Source: Paragordius varius
Taxonomy: Eukaryota; Animalia; Nematomorpha
Direction of reading: 5' to 3'
Length of the DNA: 64,000 nucleotides
Assembly (NCBI GenBank): GCA_964247055.1
Contig: OZ176053.1
Span: 6,076,001 to 6,140,000, forward strand
Shown here: positions 13,601 through 24,329 of the stretch, piece by piece
Numbering within the stretch: the first letter of the stretch is position 1
How the letters are laid out: every line of letters starts with the position of its first letter
Program-made: the position numbers and the translations under genes
Notes under the pieces: model-generated
What the model was told of the DNA's origin: nothing
Database searches by the model: none
Seen by the model: only the letters and a program-made list of their open reading frames with translations

Positions 13601-15293
13601 TATGGCTCATTTTTTATCAGTGGTTCCGGTAATCAAGATGATTTGTTTGACATGATTTTAACAGCAGAGGTTAACTTTCCCCAACCCTTTTGGAATGAAA
13701 TTAGTATCAGTGCAAAAGTAAGTTTTCCAAAATATATACCATTTAAACTCACCCTCGAACAATTCAAGTTCACCCTCTATTTATTTAAATTCACCTTAAA
13801 ATAAATTGTGTGTTTTTTAAAATTAAAAATTACCTATTTTTTTTATATTTTTAAAAAATGAAATTTCGTTTAAAATTTATGATTTAATACTAAAAAAATA
13901 ATAAACTATATACAATAAGAATATATTTCTCATTAATGATGAGTCATATTAGCCCGAAAACACATAAATTATTTTTAGGGTGAATTTGAATTGTAAATGG
14001 TATAATTATTTAAAATTTTGATTCGAATTTATTATATTAAATTTTTTACTATTATTGTATAAGGATCTCATAATGCGAATGCTACAAATTGATCCTAGAC
14101 TCCGTTATAATGCTGTCGATGTTCTCAATCATCATTGGTTTCAAGTATATAGATGTCTTTATAATAAATAATTGGATTTTATAATTGCCCAAACAAATTT
14201 TTTTATACCATTTATTTATTTAAATCAGATAACAGGCGTGAATTTTATAATGACATAGGAAGGGAATCGAAAATAATATTAAATCAAATTTTTTATTTTA
14301 GAAAAATTAATTGATCTAACCCGCATTTTAAATGATTTGTCCTAGGAATCTCTCTACGGACAATTTATGGAAGAAAACGAACCTAACGATGTACCAATAG
14401 ACGATCCATCACAATCCATGCATTTAAATCAAAATTATCATCATCAATCCTATTACCCGAATCAAATAGCGCCTTCATCTGACTTAAATAACTTACACAG
14501 TGAAAATACCTATGATAATCTATATGCAAAATCTTTAAATAACCACCATATTAGTGATAATAATTATCGGATTAATGGGTATCATGAATATGTCGAAATG
14601 GAAAATCAATACAATGTCAAGAATGGTAGATCAACATTGCACCACACTTCATCACTCAACAATGTATGTTCATATGCAACAAATAAGATTTATAATATGA
14701 CATCGCCGTCCGATCATGACAATAGCTATACAAACAAAAATGAGTGCAATAATAAAGAAAATGTTATTGGTAATCTCAACTACCCATCATCTAACAGCAA
14801 TAAGAAATCTCTCAATGTCTTGCATTTAGCCAACATTGCTGCAATCGATACAGAAAGCACAATAGATGCTAACAATCATTCCTCTGGTCATTATGGTATG
14901 TTTGAAGCGTCAGGGAAGGACGATATACCACAACCACTGCACAATTACAATGGTAGCGCCGAAAAAAATAACGGAACAGCCAACATGTATAATGTTTTGA
15001 ATGGAACTCGATCATCACTTAGCCCAAAGGTGTTAGTTAAGCGTCAACAACATCAACAAGATGAACGGAAAAAGGGTTTGAAAAACGATTTTGCAGATAC
15101 TCTCACTTTTTCGAACATGCATGAAGGGCCAGTTTATCCGTCAAATTACACTATCCCCATAAGCAATAATTCAACGAGTTGCACTAACCTAGATTTTAGC
15201 AATGTAAACGCAAGGGCCGATACAACGAAATCTAAACCATTGCTTAATGGAAACTACTATGGAGAACAATCGGCAAATTATGCAATAATATAA
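1658..15293 (+). CDS. DCLK: Doublecortin-like Ser/Thr kinase (two DCX domains + CaMK-family kinase), 14 exons, ~1591 aa
   Basis: Phase-consistent GT-AG exons: 1658-3583, 8639-8729, 9074-9280, 9739-9935, 10199-10721, 10959-11118, 11497-11560, 11880-11999, 12219-12368, 12858-12991, 13460-13537, 13621-13717, 14064-14144, 14346-15293. DCX1 reads [10 protein letters not shown]...; DCX2 reads KTARSLEQV...VRKLYAL|VKELGDL...VACGTERF. Kinase motifs [25 protein letters not shown] and [10 protein letters not shown] are intact. Confidence 0.93.
8365..8623. mobile_element. MITE family A copy 1 (TIR TATACCATTTACA...TGTAAATGGTATA)
   Basis: Terminal inverted repeats read directly, with subterminal aattcacc(c)ttgaacaattc motifs. 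Three further copies lie nearby. Confidence 0.8.
9305..9613. mobile_element. MITE family A copy 2 (opposite internal orientation to copy 1)
   Basis: Begins TATACCATTTA and ends TGTAAATGGTATA. The interior is the reverse complement of copy 1. Confidence 0.8.
11142..11372. mobile_element. Near-perfect hairpin MITE, family B (TA-CAGTCATGTAT termini)
   Basis: ~105-bp arms are inverted complements (tacagtcatgtatc...gagctctatgg / ccatagagctc...gatacatgactgta). TA at both ends fits a Tc1/mariner-type TSD. Confidence 0.8.
11625..11817. mobile_element. MITE family A copy 3 (internally deleted)
   Basis: Begins ATACCATTTACAATT, ends GAACTGTAAATGGAATA, and shares internal blocks with copies 1 and 2. 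Confidence 0.7.
12778..12803. repeat. (TA)n microsatellite (similar tracts at ~22887-22910 and ~37936-37960)
   Basis: Uninterrupted TA runs read directly. Confidence 0.9.
13735..14004. mobile_element. MITE family A copy 4
   Basis: TATACCATTTA...TTGTAAATGGTATA termini. The interior is collinear with copy 1. Confidence 0.8.
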
Positions 15294-16787
15294 CAAAATT
15301 AACTGGTTTATTTGTTAGTCAAAAGAACAAAATGATTTCAGGCCAGCAAATAAAATGAATCAGACTCACACTTATGAATATAATCATTGCTTTTTACATT
15401 CAGAATAATTAATGTTAAACTTGGCAATCTCTAATACATTATACAAAATTTAAATTTTTGACTGAATTGAGTTTATATTTTGATGTTACATTTTCTGAAG
15501 AATAATTTTTATAATTATATCCATGAGATATGACATTATATTTTAATTTGCAATGACTCCTTTTTATGCAAAAAAATCTAAATTTATATTCTTGTATCAA
15601 TGATGCATTTATACGAATCACATATAATTTAAAAGCGTTTTCTTCTTGTATGAAAAATATCTAATCAAGTCACATAGTTTAATTCAGCAATATTTTTTTA
15701 TTTTATCCATTTTGATTTTCAAATGACGACTACATGAGATTCAAAATGCGACTTTTGACGATTGACTGTATTTAAATTTGATATATTATACGCATAGCGT
15801 TATATTCCTTATATATGCCAATTATTTCAATTATTATAATATCCATTTCAATAAATATATATAGCATAACATATACTATAGAACATTCATTTGTTCAGAA
15901 TTAATACCTTTTTGCAAGAATTTAAATATTATACACAAATTTTGGGGTTTCTTATCAAAAAACTGTGATACAACTTTTTTAAAGAAAATGGATGCCTTAT
16001 GAGCGGAATAAATGCAAAAAAGGGCGTAAAACGTCTGATTTATTTTGCGATCAAATAAATTACTAAATTTTTAATCATATAATAATAAATAAAAATATTG
16101 AAAAATGGAAATATTAATAAATTTGAATTATTTAAAAAATGTTTTATGGAATATTTGCTGAATGACAACGCACCAATAATGTGTGATTTAGACGGGCATT
16201 TTTGATAAATTTTACATTATAAAATCTTTTAGATAATTATAATTTTTCAAATGTTTAAAAAGGTAGCACACATACATATATAATCATCGAAATTATGCTT
16301 TTATAAAACTAAATCGCGCTACATTTATCAATTAAACTGTAATTTAATTTTAATCAAAAAATTATTGAATATTTACGCCCTATTTTAATATGAGAATTTA
16401 ACATGCAATTTGTATAACATTGGGAATTATATAGAAACACATTTATTGTATTTAGTGATAATGATTTTTAGCGGAAAATCTAAAATGTTTTGTCAATCTA
16501 TATTATAACTTATTTAAAAATGTAAAATTTTATCTTTATTATAAAAGTTATATAATTTTAAAGAATAATAAATTGGCTTTTGATACAATTATTTTATTGT
16601 TAAACCCCAAATCTTTCGATAGGTCTCTAATCACTCTCTCCATAAATAATTTAACTCTGGGTCTGAACAGTAATATCTAAAACGAGCTGTATTAAGTGAT
16701 CATCCAATATTTTTAATTGCACTTTTCCAAAAAATCTAAAAATATTTTTTTTATTATAGAATCAAAATTGAGGTAGGATGTCAATAA

Positions 16788-17994
16788 TTAATGAAAGCAT
16801 TCTTTTATACAAACTAAAACATAATCCCTGTAATCTGGATTGAAAATGACATTTAAATAAAATGTCAGGGAAACGTATAAATATTCGAAAACAGTAAATA
16901 ATGCAAGGATCTTGTTGAATTGTGTTAACGTTAGATAGGAGAAAAAATCAATTGTTGTAATAAAAATGGATACAGGCATGAGAAAAATTAAGCATTCCAC
17001 AGTCATTATTGCAAACATCCGTATATTGATTCTATATAATTTGTTACGGCTTTCATATCTCTTGTATTGAGACAAAACTATATGATTCCCACTATTATTC
17101 TGATTTCCGTCAGATTTGCTAAGGTATTTGGATCCGACTCTCATATTTCCCAAACTTAACTCTGAATGTATTTTCGGAGTGTAATTTGATGATGGTAGTT
17201 GTAAACTTTTTATTTCTGGTATCCCAATTTTTGCCTTTACATTACACTTTCTTTCGTTTCCTAGATAGTTTGATTTCACTATCATATTATTACCTTTGTT
17301 CGTTATATCTCTATTTATTTTGCGATTTAAGGATTGTTTTCTAAGTATTGTAAGAGCATGTCGATTTTCCCGAATTAGTTTATGTTTGAAACTTAGCAGG
17401 CCAATGATAGGTATAAATTTTGTGAATGTTTCTCGAACAAAGCCGTAAACTAACCAATAAATATTTGGTGGATGGCTAAAAACAGCGAAATTTCTAACAT
17501 ATATTATTTTTTGATCGGCAAAAGGAAGGGATGAATTACTGGGACATCTAAAACTCATAACTTTAAACCACCAACGAGCTGGTAAAAACCAAAGGTTTAA
17601 GTATATCATTGTCGCAAATACAATAATATATATGTTTCGAGGCGTGAATAATCTCTGAAATGTTGTGGGATAAACTGACCCAATCAATTGTGCTAAACCG
17701 AAATACACATACAAAGCAAGGGATAGATTGATGCAAGCTTTCGCCATTGGGAAATGATAATCTGATAGATAGATCTTCCATGAATACGTGAACCAGAAAG
17801 GTTTAAAATTAAATTCCCCATACAAATCCATGATAGGATACATAGCCATAAAACAACAATTGAGTAAATTCACTGAGTAGTATATGCGAGTTATTAGGAT
17901 TCGTGGATTATATGCCTCTTTGCATGCAATCATTAGTCCAAAGATGTTCCCAGCACAGCCAAAAACCCAAAAAATTGGAGCGCCTACCTCAAAA
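16788..17994 (-). CDS. Divergent rhodopsin-class 7TM GPCR, FMRFamide/peptide-receptor-like (N-terminal exon not located)
   Basis: The 381-aa ORF extends upstream in frame to a ttttag acceptor (exon starts 17994), adding TM1 EVGAPIFWVFGCAGNIFGL with the GN motif. Seven hydrophobic segments, a long ICL3 and a post-TM7 YR are present. Family assignment is from recalled motif spacing only. Confidence 0.72.
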
Positions 17995-19897
17995 CTAAAA
18001 AATTATTAAAATGTTATATATATATATATTTGAAAGTAATTTTATGTCTATGAATCCCCCCCCCCCCAAAAAAAATGTTTTTCATCGTTTTTATGGTTTA
18101 ATGATTAAGTTATGTCACTTTTTTGATTCTTTTGTGCATTGAAATTTTATAGATTGTTTTTACTCAAATAATTAATTTTTATTACAAACATTAAATTTAG
18201 AAAAATTGACAAGAAAGACTAATGAAAATAAAGGACTGTACGAAATTGGTCTCGATTTCATATAGAACACTTTAAAATCCCTTAGATATTGATATACTTT
18301 AATCGTTACTTCATATCTACCCTTGAACAACACATACACTCTTAAATTGACTTTTAAAAAATGTGCTCTAATTTTATTATCTTTATCTATTCTCCATTCA
18401 ATCATGTAAAGAATAATCATATCTACAAATTATTGAAAGAATTTTTATGTAAATAAGGCGTCCATAAGAAATCTAATGATAAAAATACTACCTAATTTTC
18501 ATTATGGATTCAATTTTGGTCAAATTTCTCGCGTTCCAACAAAATATATCTGTGACATTGTATTGTTGCCCATTTTTATGGCTTGGCCCATACTCTACAA
18601 AAAGGCCAGGATTGAATGTGTGGACACTACTATTAATCATGTTTTTAAAATATCTTTTCAAACAAAAATAATAACTAATTGGGAAAAAATAAAAAATTTC
18701 CGGGGGATATAGTTATACGATAGTATATATAGATAAAATATGTGTAATCGTGCTAATGATAATTATAAATTATTTATAATAATAATTTTTGCTCAATAAT
18801 AAAATTCTTTTTTTTTTGATAATGAAAACAATGCATAGAAATATTACGTTTGCTCAATAAACAGAATGAAATTTGACCAATCTCTAGCACCAAAGTGAGA
18901 AAATAGCGTGTATTGATTGATTAATTTCAAGAGGTTTGCTATTTTCCGTATAAAATAATATTGTATGCAGCCAAAATTTACACTAATTAAATTCTACAGT
19001 TAGGTTAAAAAATGGAAAAATCCATTTTTAAATTTTCTGAGGCAAGATATTTTCATTTGGTTAATTAATATTCAATTTCGCCAAATGGGTTTTTTTAAAT
19101 ATCTAAACAATTATTTGGCGTGAATAATTAGTCTAAAATAACTTAATTATTTATAAATTATTTATTTGTCCGCGGCGATGAATTATGATTAAAAATTATT
19201 CAGGAGTAATCGCTCTTTATTCATATTATATTATATAAAATCTATGAAATGGTACCTATTTCATTGCATCCATATCCTATTTTTTTAACATCCGAGCATC
19301 TCTCTAATGAAAAATCAATTAGTTAAAACATTTTGACCATTAATAGACATATATCGATTTAACTTAACATGTTTCTTAAAAAAACAGGGGATCATATTAC
19401 AAATTTTTTTATAAATGCTATTAACTCTACGCAAAATTTCCATGTATTTTTGCATTATTTTTTAAAAAAATTCAGCAAATTAATTTGGAAATTTAAGATG
19501 CCAAAACACAAATATAATGTTTTAATATGTTTAATTAACATGTTGTTATACTAATGATTAAGACAAAGGTAATTTGAACTTAAGAGATATTATGGATATA
19601 AAAAAGGGTTTATGATAAATAACTTATTGCAATTATGCAATACCTGTTGAGCACAAAATTTTTATAATTCTGTATTCTTCCATAGTAAATCCCAGTTAAA
19701 GTAAAAAAATTTGGATAAAAATATTTTAAAAATAGTTGTTTTGCATTGTTCTCGCGTATAAGTAGAGTAAAAACAAGTACAGTCCAAATTTTTTTGTTTT
19801 ATACCGAGGCTTTTGGCTATCAAATTTATACATGCACACCGAAAAAGATCACGATGAAATACAGTAACAAAAGCTTTTACTGGCCTTTTCGGTTTTT

Positions 19898-21097
19898 CAC
19901 TGTGTTCAAAAAAAATTTTTAACATAAAATTTTTTATAGCTTATGACCAGCGTATTCATTTGCCGTAAAAATTTTTATTTGTTGACAACCTAGTTTTTGG
20001 AATATTGAGAGAAAATCGAAATCGAAAAAGTAAAAATTCAGGATAATTAAGGATAATTCAAAAAATAATGATAAAATTTGAGATATTATGGTTTATTATG
20101 ATTTTAGGAGATATTTTCAATATATAAATGGCCTAAAATCATATAGTTAAAGTTTCTATAGTTCAGCTCAAAAGATGGCGTTTTTTTAACGCAATAATAG
20201 AAATATTAAATGAAACTATATAAAAATAATTTACTACCTAAACTCACTATCAAAATCATAACATTCATATTTTAGTTACTAAAAAAACTTATATTTCAAA
20301 ATAAAACCAAAAATATTGTTTTTTATTTTTGCATTTTTTGTCATCTGGTTCATGAGTGTATAAAAAATTTATACTGTTTTATTTTGAAATCTTACTAGAA
20401 TGCGAATTATAAAGTTTATAATTTATGCAGAATAGGATTTAAAAGTAGTGGAATATTAACCCATAATCCTTACAAATCCCTGTAACAAGTCTGTTTTAAG
20501 ACATATTAATATTTTTATTGGGATTCGTATGGATTGCTGGTTGATCTTCCACTGCTAAATCGTTTTTTGCATAAAATATATTCTTAATAATTCCCACTCA
20601 TGTAAGATTCTAAAATAAAACAGTAATTTTTTATACACTCACAAACAGATGACAAAAAAAATTAAAAATGAAAAAAACAATATTTTTGGTTTTATTTTGA
20701 AATATAAGTTTTTTACTGAATAAAATATGAGTATTAAAATTTTAATAGTGATTTAAGGTAGTAAAAATTAAAGTTATATTAATATAGTTTCACTAAAAAT
20801 ATTTTGTCTTTAAGTGTGTTAAAAGAAAACGCTATCTTTTGAGCTGAAATTTTATAGAAACCCTAACTATATGATTTTAGGCTATTTATATATTGAAATA
20901 TTTCCTAAATGATAATAAACCATAATATCTCAAATTTTATCATTATTTTTTGAATAATCCTTAATTTTCACTTCTTGCCCGATTTCGATTTCTCAATATT
21001 TTAAAAACTAGGTTGTCAAATAAATTTACGGCAAATGAATACGCTGGTCATAAGTTGTCTCACGAAAAAAAATTATCCCTCTTTTTTGCACACAGTG
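19898..21097. mobile_element. 1.2-kb foldback-like element with CACTG...CAGTG ends and ~470-bp inverted arms
   Basis: CACTGTGTTCAAAAAA at 19898 pairs with TTTTTTGCACACAGTG ending 21097. Inner arms start CTTATGACCAGCGTATTCATTTGCCGTAAA (19940) and end TTTACGGCAAATGAATACGCTGGTCATAAG (21054). TTT flanks both ends. Confidence 0.72.
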
Positions 21098-21339
21098 TTT
21101 AAATATTAGCATGATGGAAACAGCATAATGACGCTTTAGGATATTATAAAATAATTTTTTCTATATAAAATGATTCTAAACATTTTAATTACCTTTAAAC
21201 TTTTATATGAGGTTGCTTAATTTGAGTAAATCTCTAAAAAATAAATCAAACATAAATTTTAAGATGAGCGAATAAAATCATAACTTTGAGGTCATACAAT
21301 TATTCAGCATCGAATTAGATGGAGAGGTTTTTATCTTAG

Positions 21340-21560
21340 AGCCTTTTTATACCGTTTCCATCATGCCTCAAAATAGTATGAAGAACGCTCAAAAAAAGTT
21401 TTGTCATAAATTAAATTTTTGAGCAACTTTTTCGGAAAAAACTTTTTTTAATGTCAAAATTTAGAATATATTTATCTCGGCTTTTTGAATTTATTAGGAA
21501 AATTAGCCCATTTTTGAAGGGCGAAAAAATTTGGGACTTTCGGAATCAACATCTTAAAAG
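21340..21560. repeat. Dispersed repeat, also present inverted at ~52590-52780 and partly at ~23180-23260
   Basis: accgtttccatcatgcctcaaaatagtatg and aatttgggactttcgga...catcttaaaag match the reverse complement of the 52.6-52.8 kb sequence. Confidence 0.6.
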
Positions 21561-21759
21561 TAAAATATAAAAACATTGCTTTGTTTTTTCTATGTGGTTA
21601 ATCATATTATTAGTATAGGGGTGACCAACATAAATGGCTTAACAGGCGAAATCAAAAAAACATTGAGACACATATGAAATATATGGGTTTAAACACCACA
21701 TGATATTTTTGGGTTTTATATTCTAGAGCCACTTAAAATTAAATAAATTAAAAATATTT

Positions 21760-22330
21760 TTAGGGCAAATTACTTAAAAATTTTTAGCCGTTTAGGCGCA
21801 TGATACAAATTTTTTCAAAAAAGGGATCTTTTGTTCAAACATTTCATGTACTTTTGGTGCAGTTTTTTATCCCAAAACGATTTAAAATATATCATAAAAA
21901 GTATTTAGTATACCAAATTTGATATGCTTTCTTTAGCCTTATAAGCGTATAAAGTTGTAAAATTTTGATTCAAACTATTTACCCCCATTTTTTTTAAATT
22001 ATTATATATCGTTAAGGCAATAAATGTATATGGCTAGAAAATAAAATTAACTTTAAAAAGCTTTCAGGCTACATTTTACCAGCAAAAGCATATCATTTGA
22101 TATTAATATCAGTTGTTCGTTTCTATCGTGTTTAAGACTCCCAATTTTATATAAACTGTAAAAAATATAAACTTTTTTGTCTAACACATGAGAACAACGT
22201 TTAATATTAAACTTTCTAAAATAACTTTTAAAACAGTAATTTATTACAAGATTAGCCCAGGTTCTATTCTTGTCAACCAGGAAAAAGTCAAAAGGTCATT
22301 AAATGTTAAATCGCTAATAAGACAGGCAAA
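21760..22330. repeat. Dispersed repeat shared with ~28980-29395
   Basis: Collinear blocks occur at both sites: atggctagaaa..ttcagg..cattttaccagcaaaa..atcag.tgtt..atcgtgttt..tcccaattt..aaataacttt.aaaac..tacaagatt. Confidence 0.6.
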
Positions 22331-22939
22331 AATTATGGTTATGTAAAAATTTAACTTAAGAAAACTTTCTAATAACATTCCACCAAAAAATTAATATTCA
22401 TTAATTTTCGCTTGTTCATCCATGTTTTGAAGCCATCCAAATTCGGAATATAAATTATTAAGGCGAAAAAATTATAGATTATTTATCTGATACAGGAGAA
22501 GAGGGTTTGATAATTAATTTTTAAGACAACTTTAAGGAGTATGATTACAAGTTTAAACGGGTTAGAAAGCTAAAATGACGTCGTGTACGAAAAAAAAGAA
22601 TTTAATGAAGTGTTACTAAATATTTTTTAGATTTCAAACATACGACTGTAACATGCAAACACAATATAACAATTTTTTCTTGTTCGTTGCCAATTCCATG
22701 GATTAATCAAAAAGTTGTTGATTAATATTAATTTTGTTAAGTTTTTTGATCGAGGGTCGCACAGGCTATCTCGTCGGGCCTCTGTTATATTTATATTTTA
22801 TGAAATAAACCATAACTTTTATCAAAATAATTGCAAATTTTGCCATTTTGAGACAGAGTCTCTAAATAAAAATCACCTGTTGAAGTATATATATATATAT
22901 ATATATATATATGTTTATACTAATATGGAAATGCATCAG

Positions 22940-23450
22940 AATTATCATGGAGATTTCGGTTTAAGGCCTTACGAGTGATAAAAGAAAGTGATTTACAATT
23001 TTTTAATAAGTGCTCCATATCAGAAGATGGAAAAATTTGAGTGTTTGAATAAATTTTTGTGTGTTCAAACAATATAACCATTTACTTTTAAAAAGCAAAT
23101 AATTGTTGTAATTATATTTAATTGATACTAAATTGTAGCATATATTTATATGTTTTTTCACGCGATACTGGCATTTCAGGGTAAGAAAACCAGCCCATTT
23201 TAGAATAGCGAAATTTGAGACTTTCGGAGCCCACATCTAAAAATTAAAATTTTTTGCAAATATTGTTTTGCTCATTATATTCATGTTTTATTTTAGTGTT
23301 ATTTTATTGAATGAAGCATTTAGTTTTCACCAAAATTTTATTTAAAAAAATATGCTCAAGTTTTCCATTTACTGATATCGTGAACTTACCAAGTAAAAAT
23401 AACTTTCGTATTCACTCGTAAAGACCTAAACCAAAAGTACCCTGATAAAT
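22940..23450. repeat. Degenerate inverted-repeat element (old MITE/TIR remnant)
   Basis: ttcggtttaaggccttacgagtga at ~22955 pairs with tcactcgtaaagacctaaaccaaaa at ~23412. Confidence 0.5.
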
Positions 23451-24329
23451 CCAATAGGATATTTTTTATCATTCCTAAGGCTAACATATCTAAAGACACC
23501 CTGCATCATACTATTTCGATGCCATTTTTTATTTTCATTTCGCAAAACATACTTTTTTATTCAAACACGAAAATGAAAGTTAATTTTATATTATAATCAC
23601 ATCTTTCTTGCCCATGGTAAATATTTGTAAAAATAAATCTTTAATATTTCGGTAAATCAATGTTATATTAGTGTAAGCTTCTGTTTAATTTCAATTTATA
23701 CCATATTTTTTGGAAATGGAGTATTGGAGTCAAAGTATGAATGTGTTTCACCGAAGGGATTGAATTCTAAGGCCCAAAATCAAAAGCCAGAAATAAATCT
23801 TGGTGCCTTTTTGCATCATAAAATATTTTATTGCACTGTGTTTATAATTTTGATTTCTCCAGGTAATCAATATCCGTATTATAGTTAATGTATTATTTAA
23901 TTTTTTTAACATTTATCATTGTGAACTCCCATTGATTTACAATTATTCTTTGCGTTTTTATAATCGCAAATAAATGACATCTGAATCAAAGGTGGCAATG
24001 ATCCTAACACAAACCCTAGAGGACATTATCTATATTAGTGTGCTTAAGGTTTGCTTTTATAACGATGTAAAAATAAGCCCAAGCAAATTGTATAGTTTAT
24101 CAAGGTGTATCAAGAAAAGAGTGTAGCAGACCCACGTCGCCACTACAAAAGACGTCCCTTGCTGCCCTTCCAAACACCAGTCAATGGTGGTTCAGTGACA
24201 GCCGTCTAGTTGCGTCGGGGGTCGGGTTATTATTTTAAAATTATAATATTGTGCATAAGCCTATTATATTATATTCACATGTATATCATTTATTCATTAT
24301 ACCATGTGAGTAAAATTCAAATTTCTTGA

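Noticed and set aside
19643-19683. ATG GAA GAA...ACA G|gt (MEEYRIIKILCST) on the minus strand as the GPCR first exon
   Set aside because: It is phase 1, whereas the acceptor at 17994 needs phase 2.
24121-24230. GC-rich patch upstream of MTSS1 considered as a tRNA or ncRNA
   Set aside because: No cloverleaf, A/B boxes or recognisable snRNA motif. It is more likely promoter or 5' UTR sequence.
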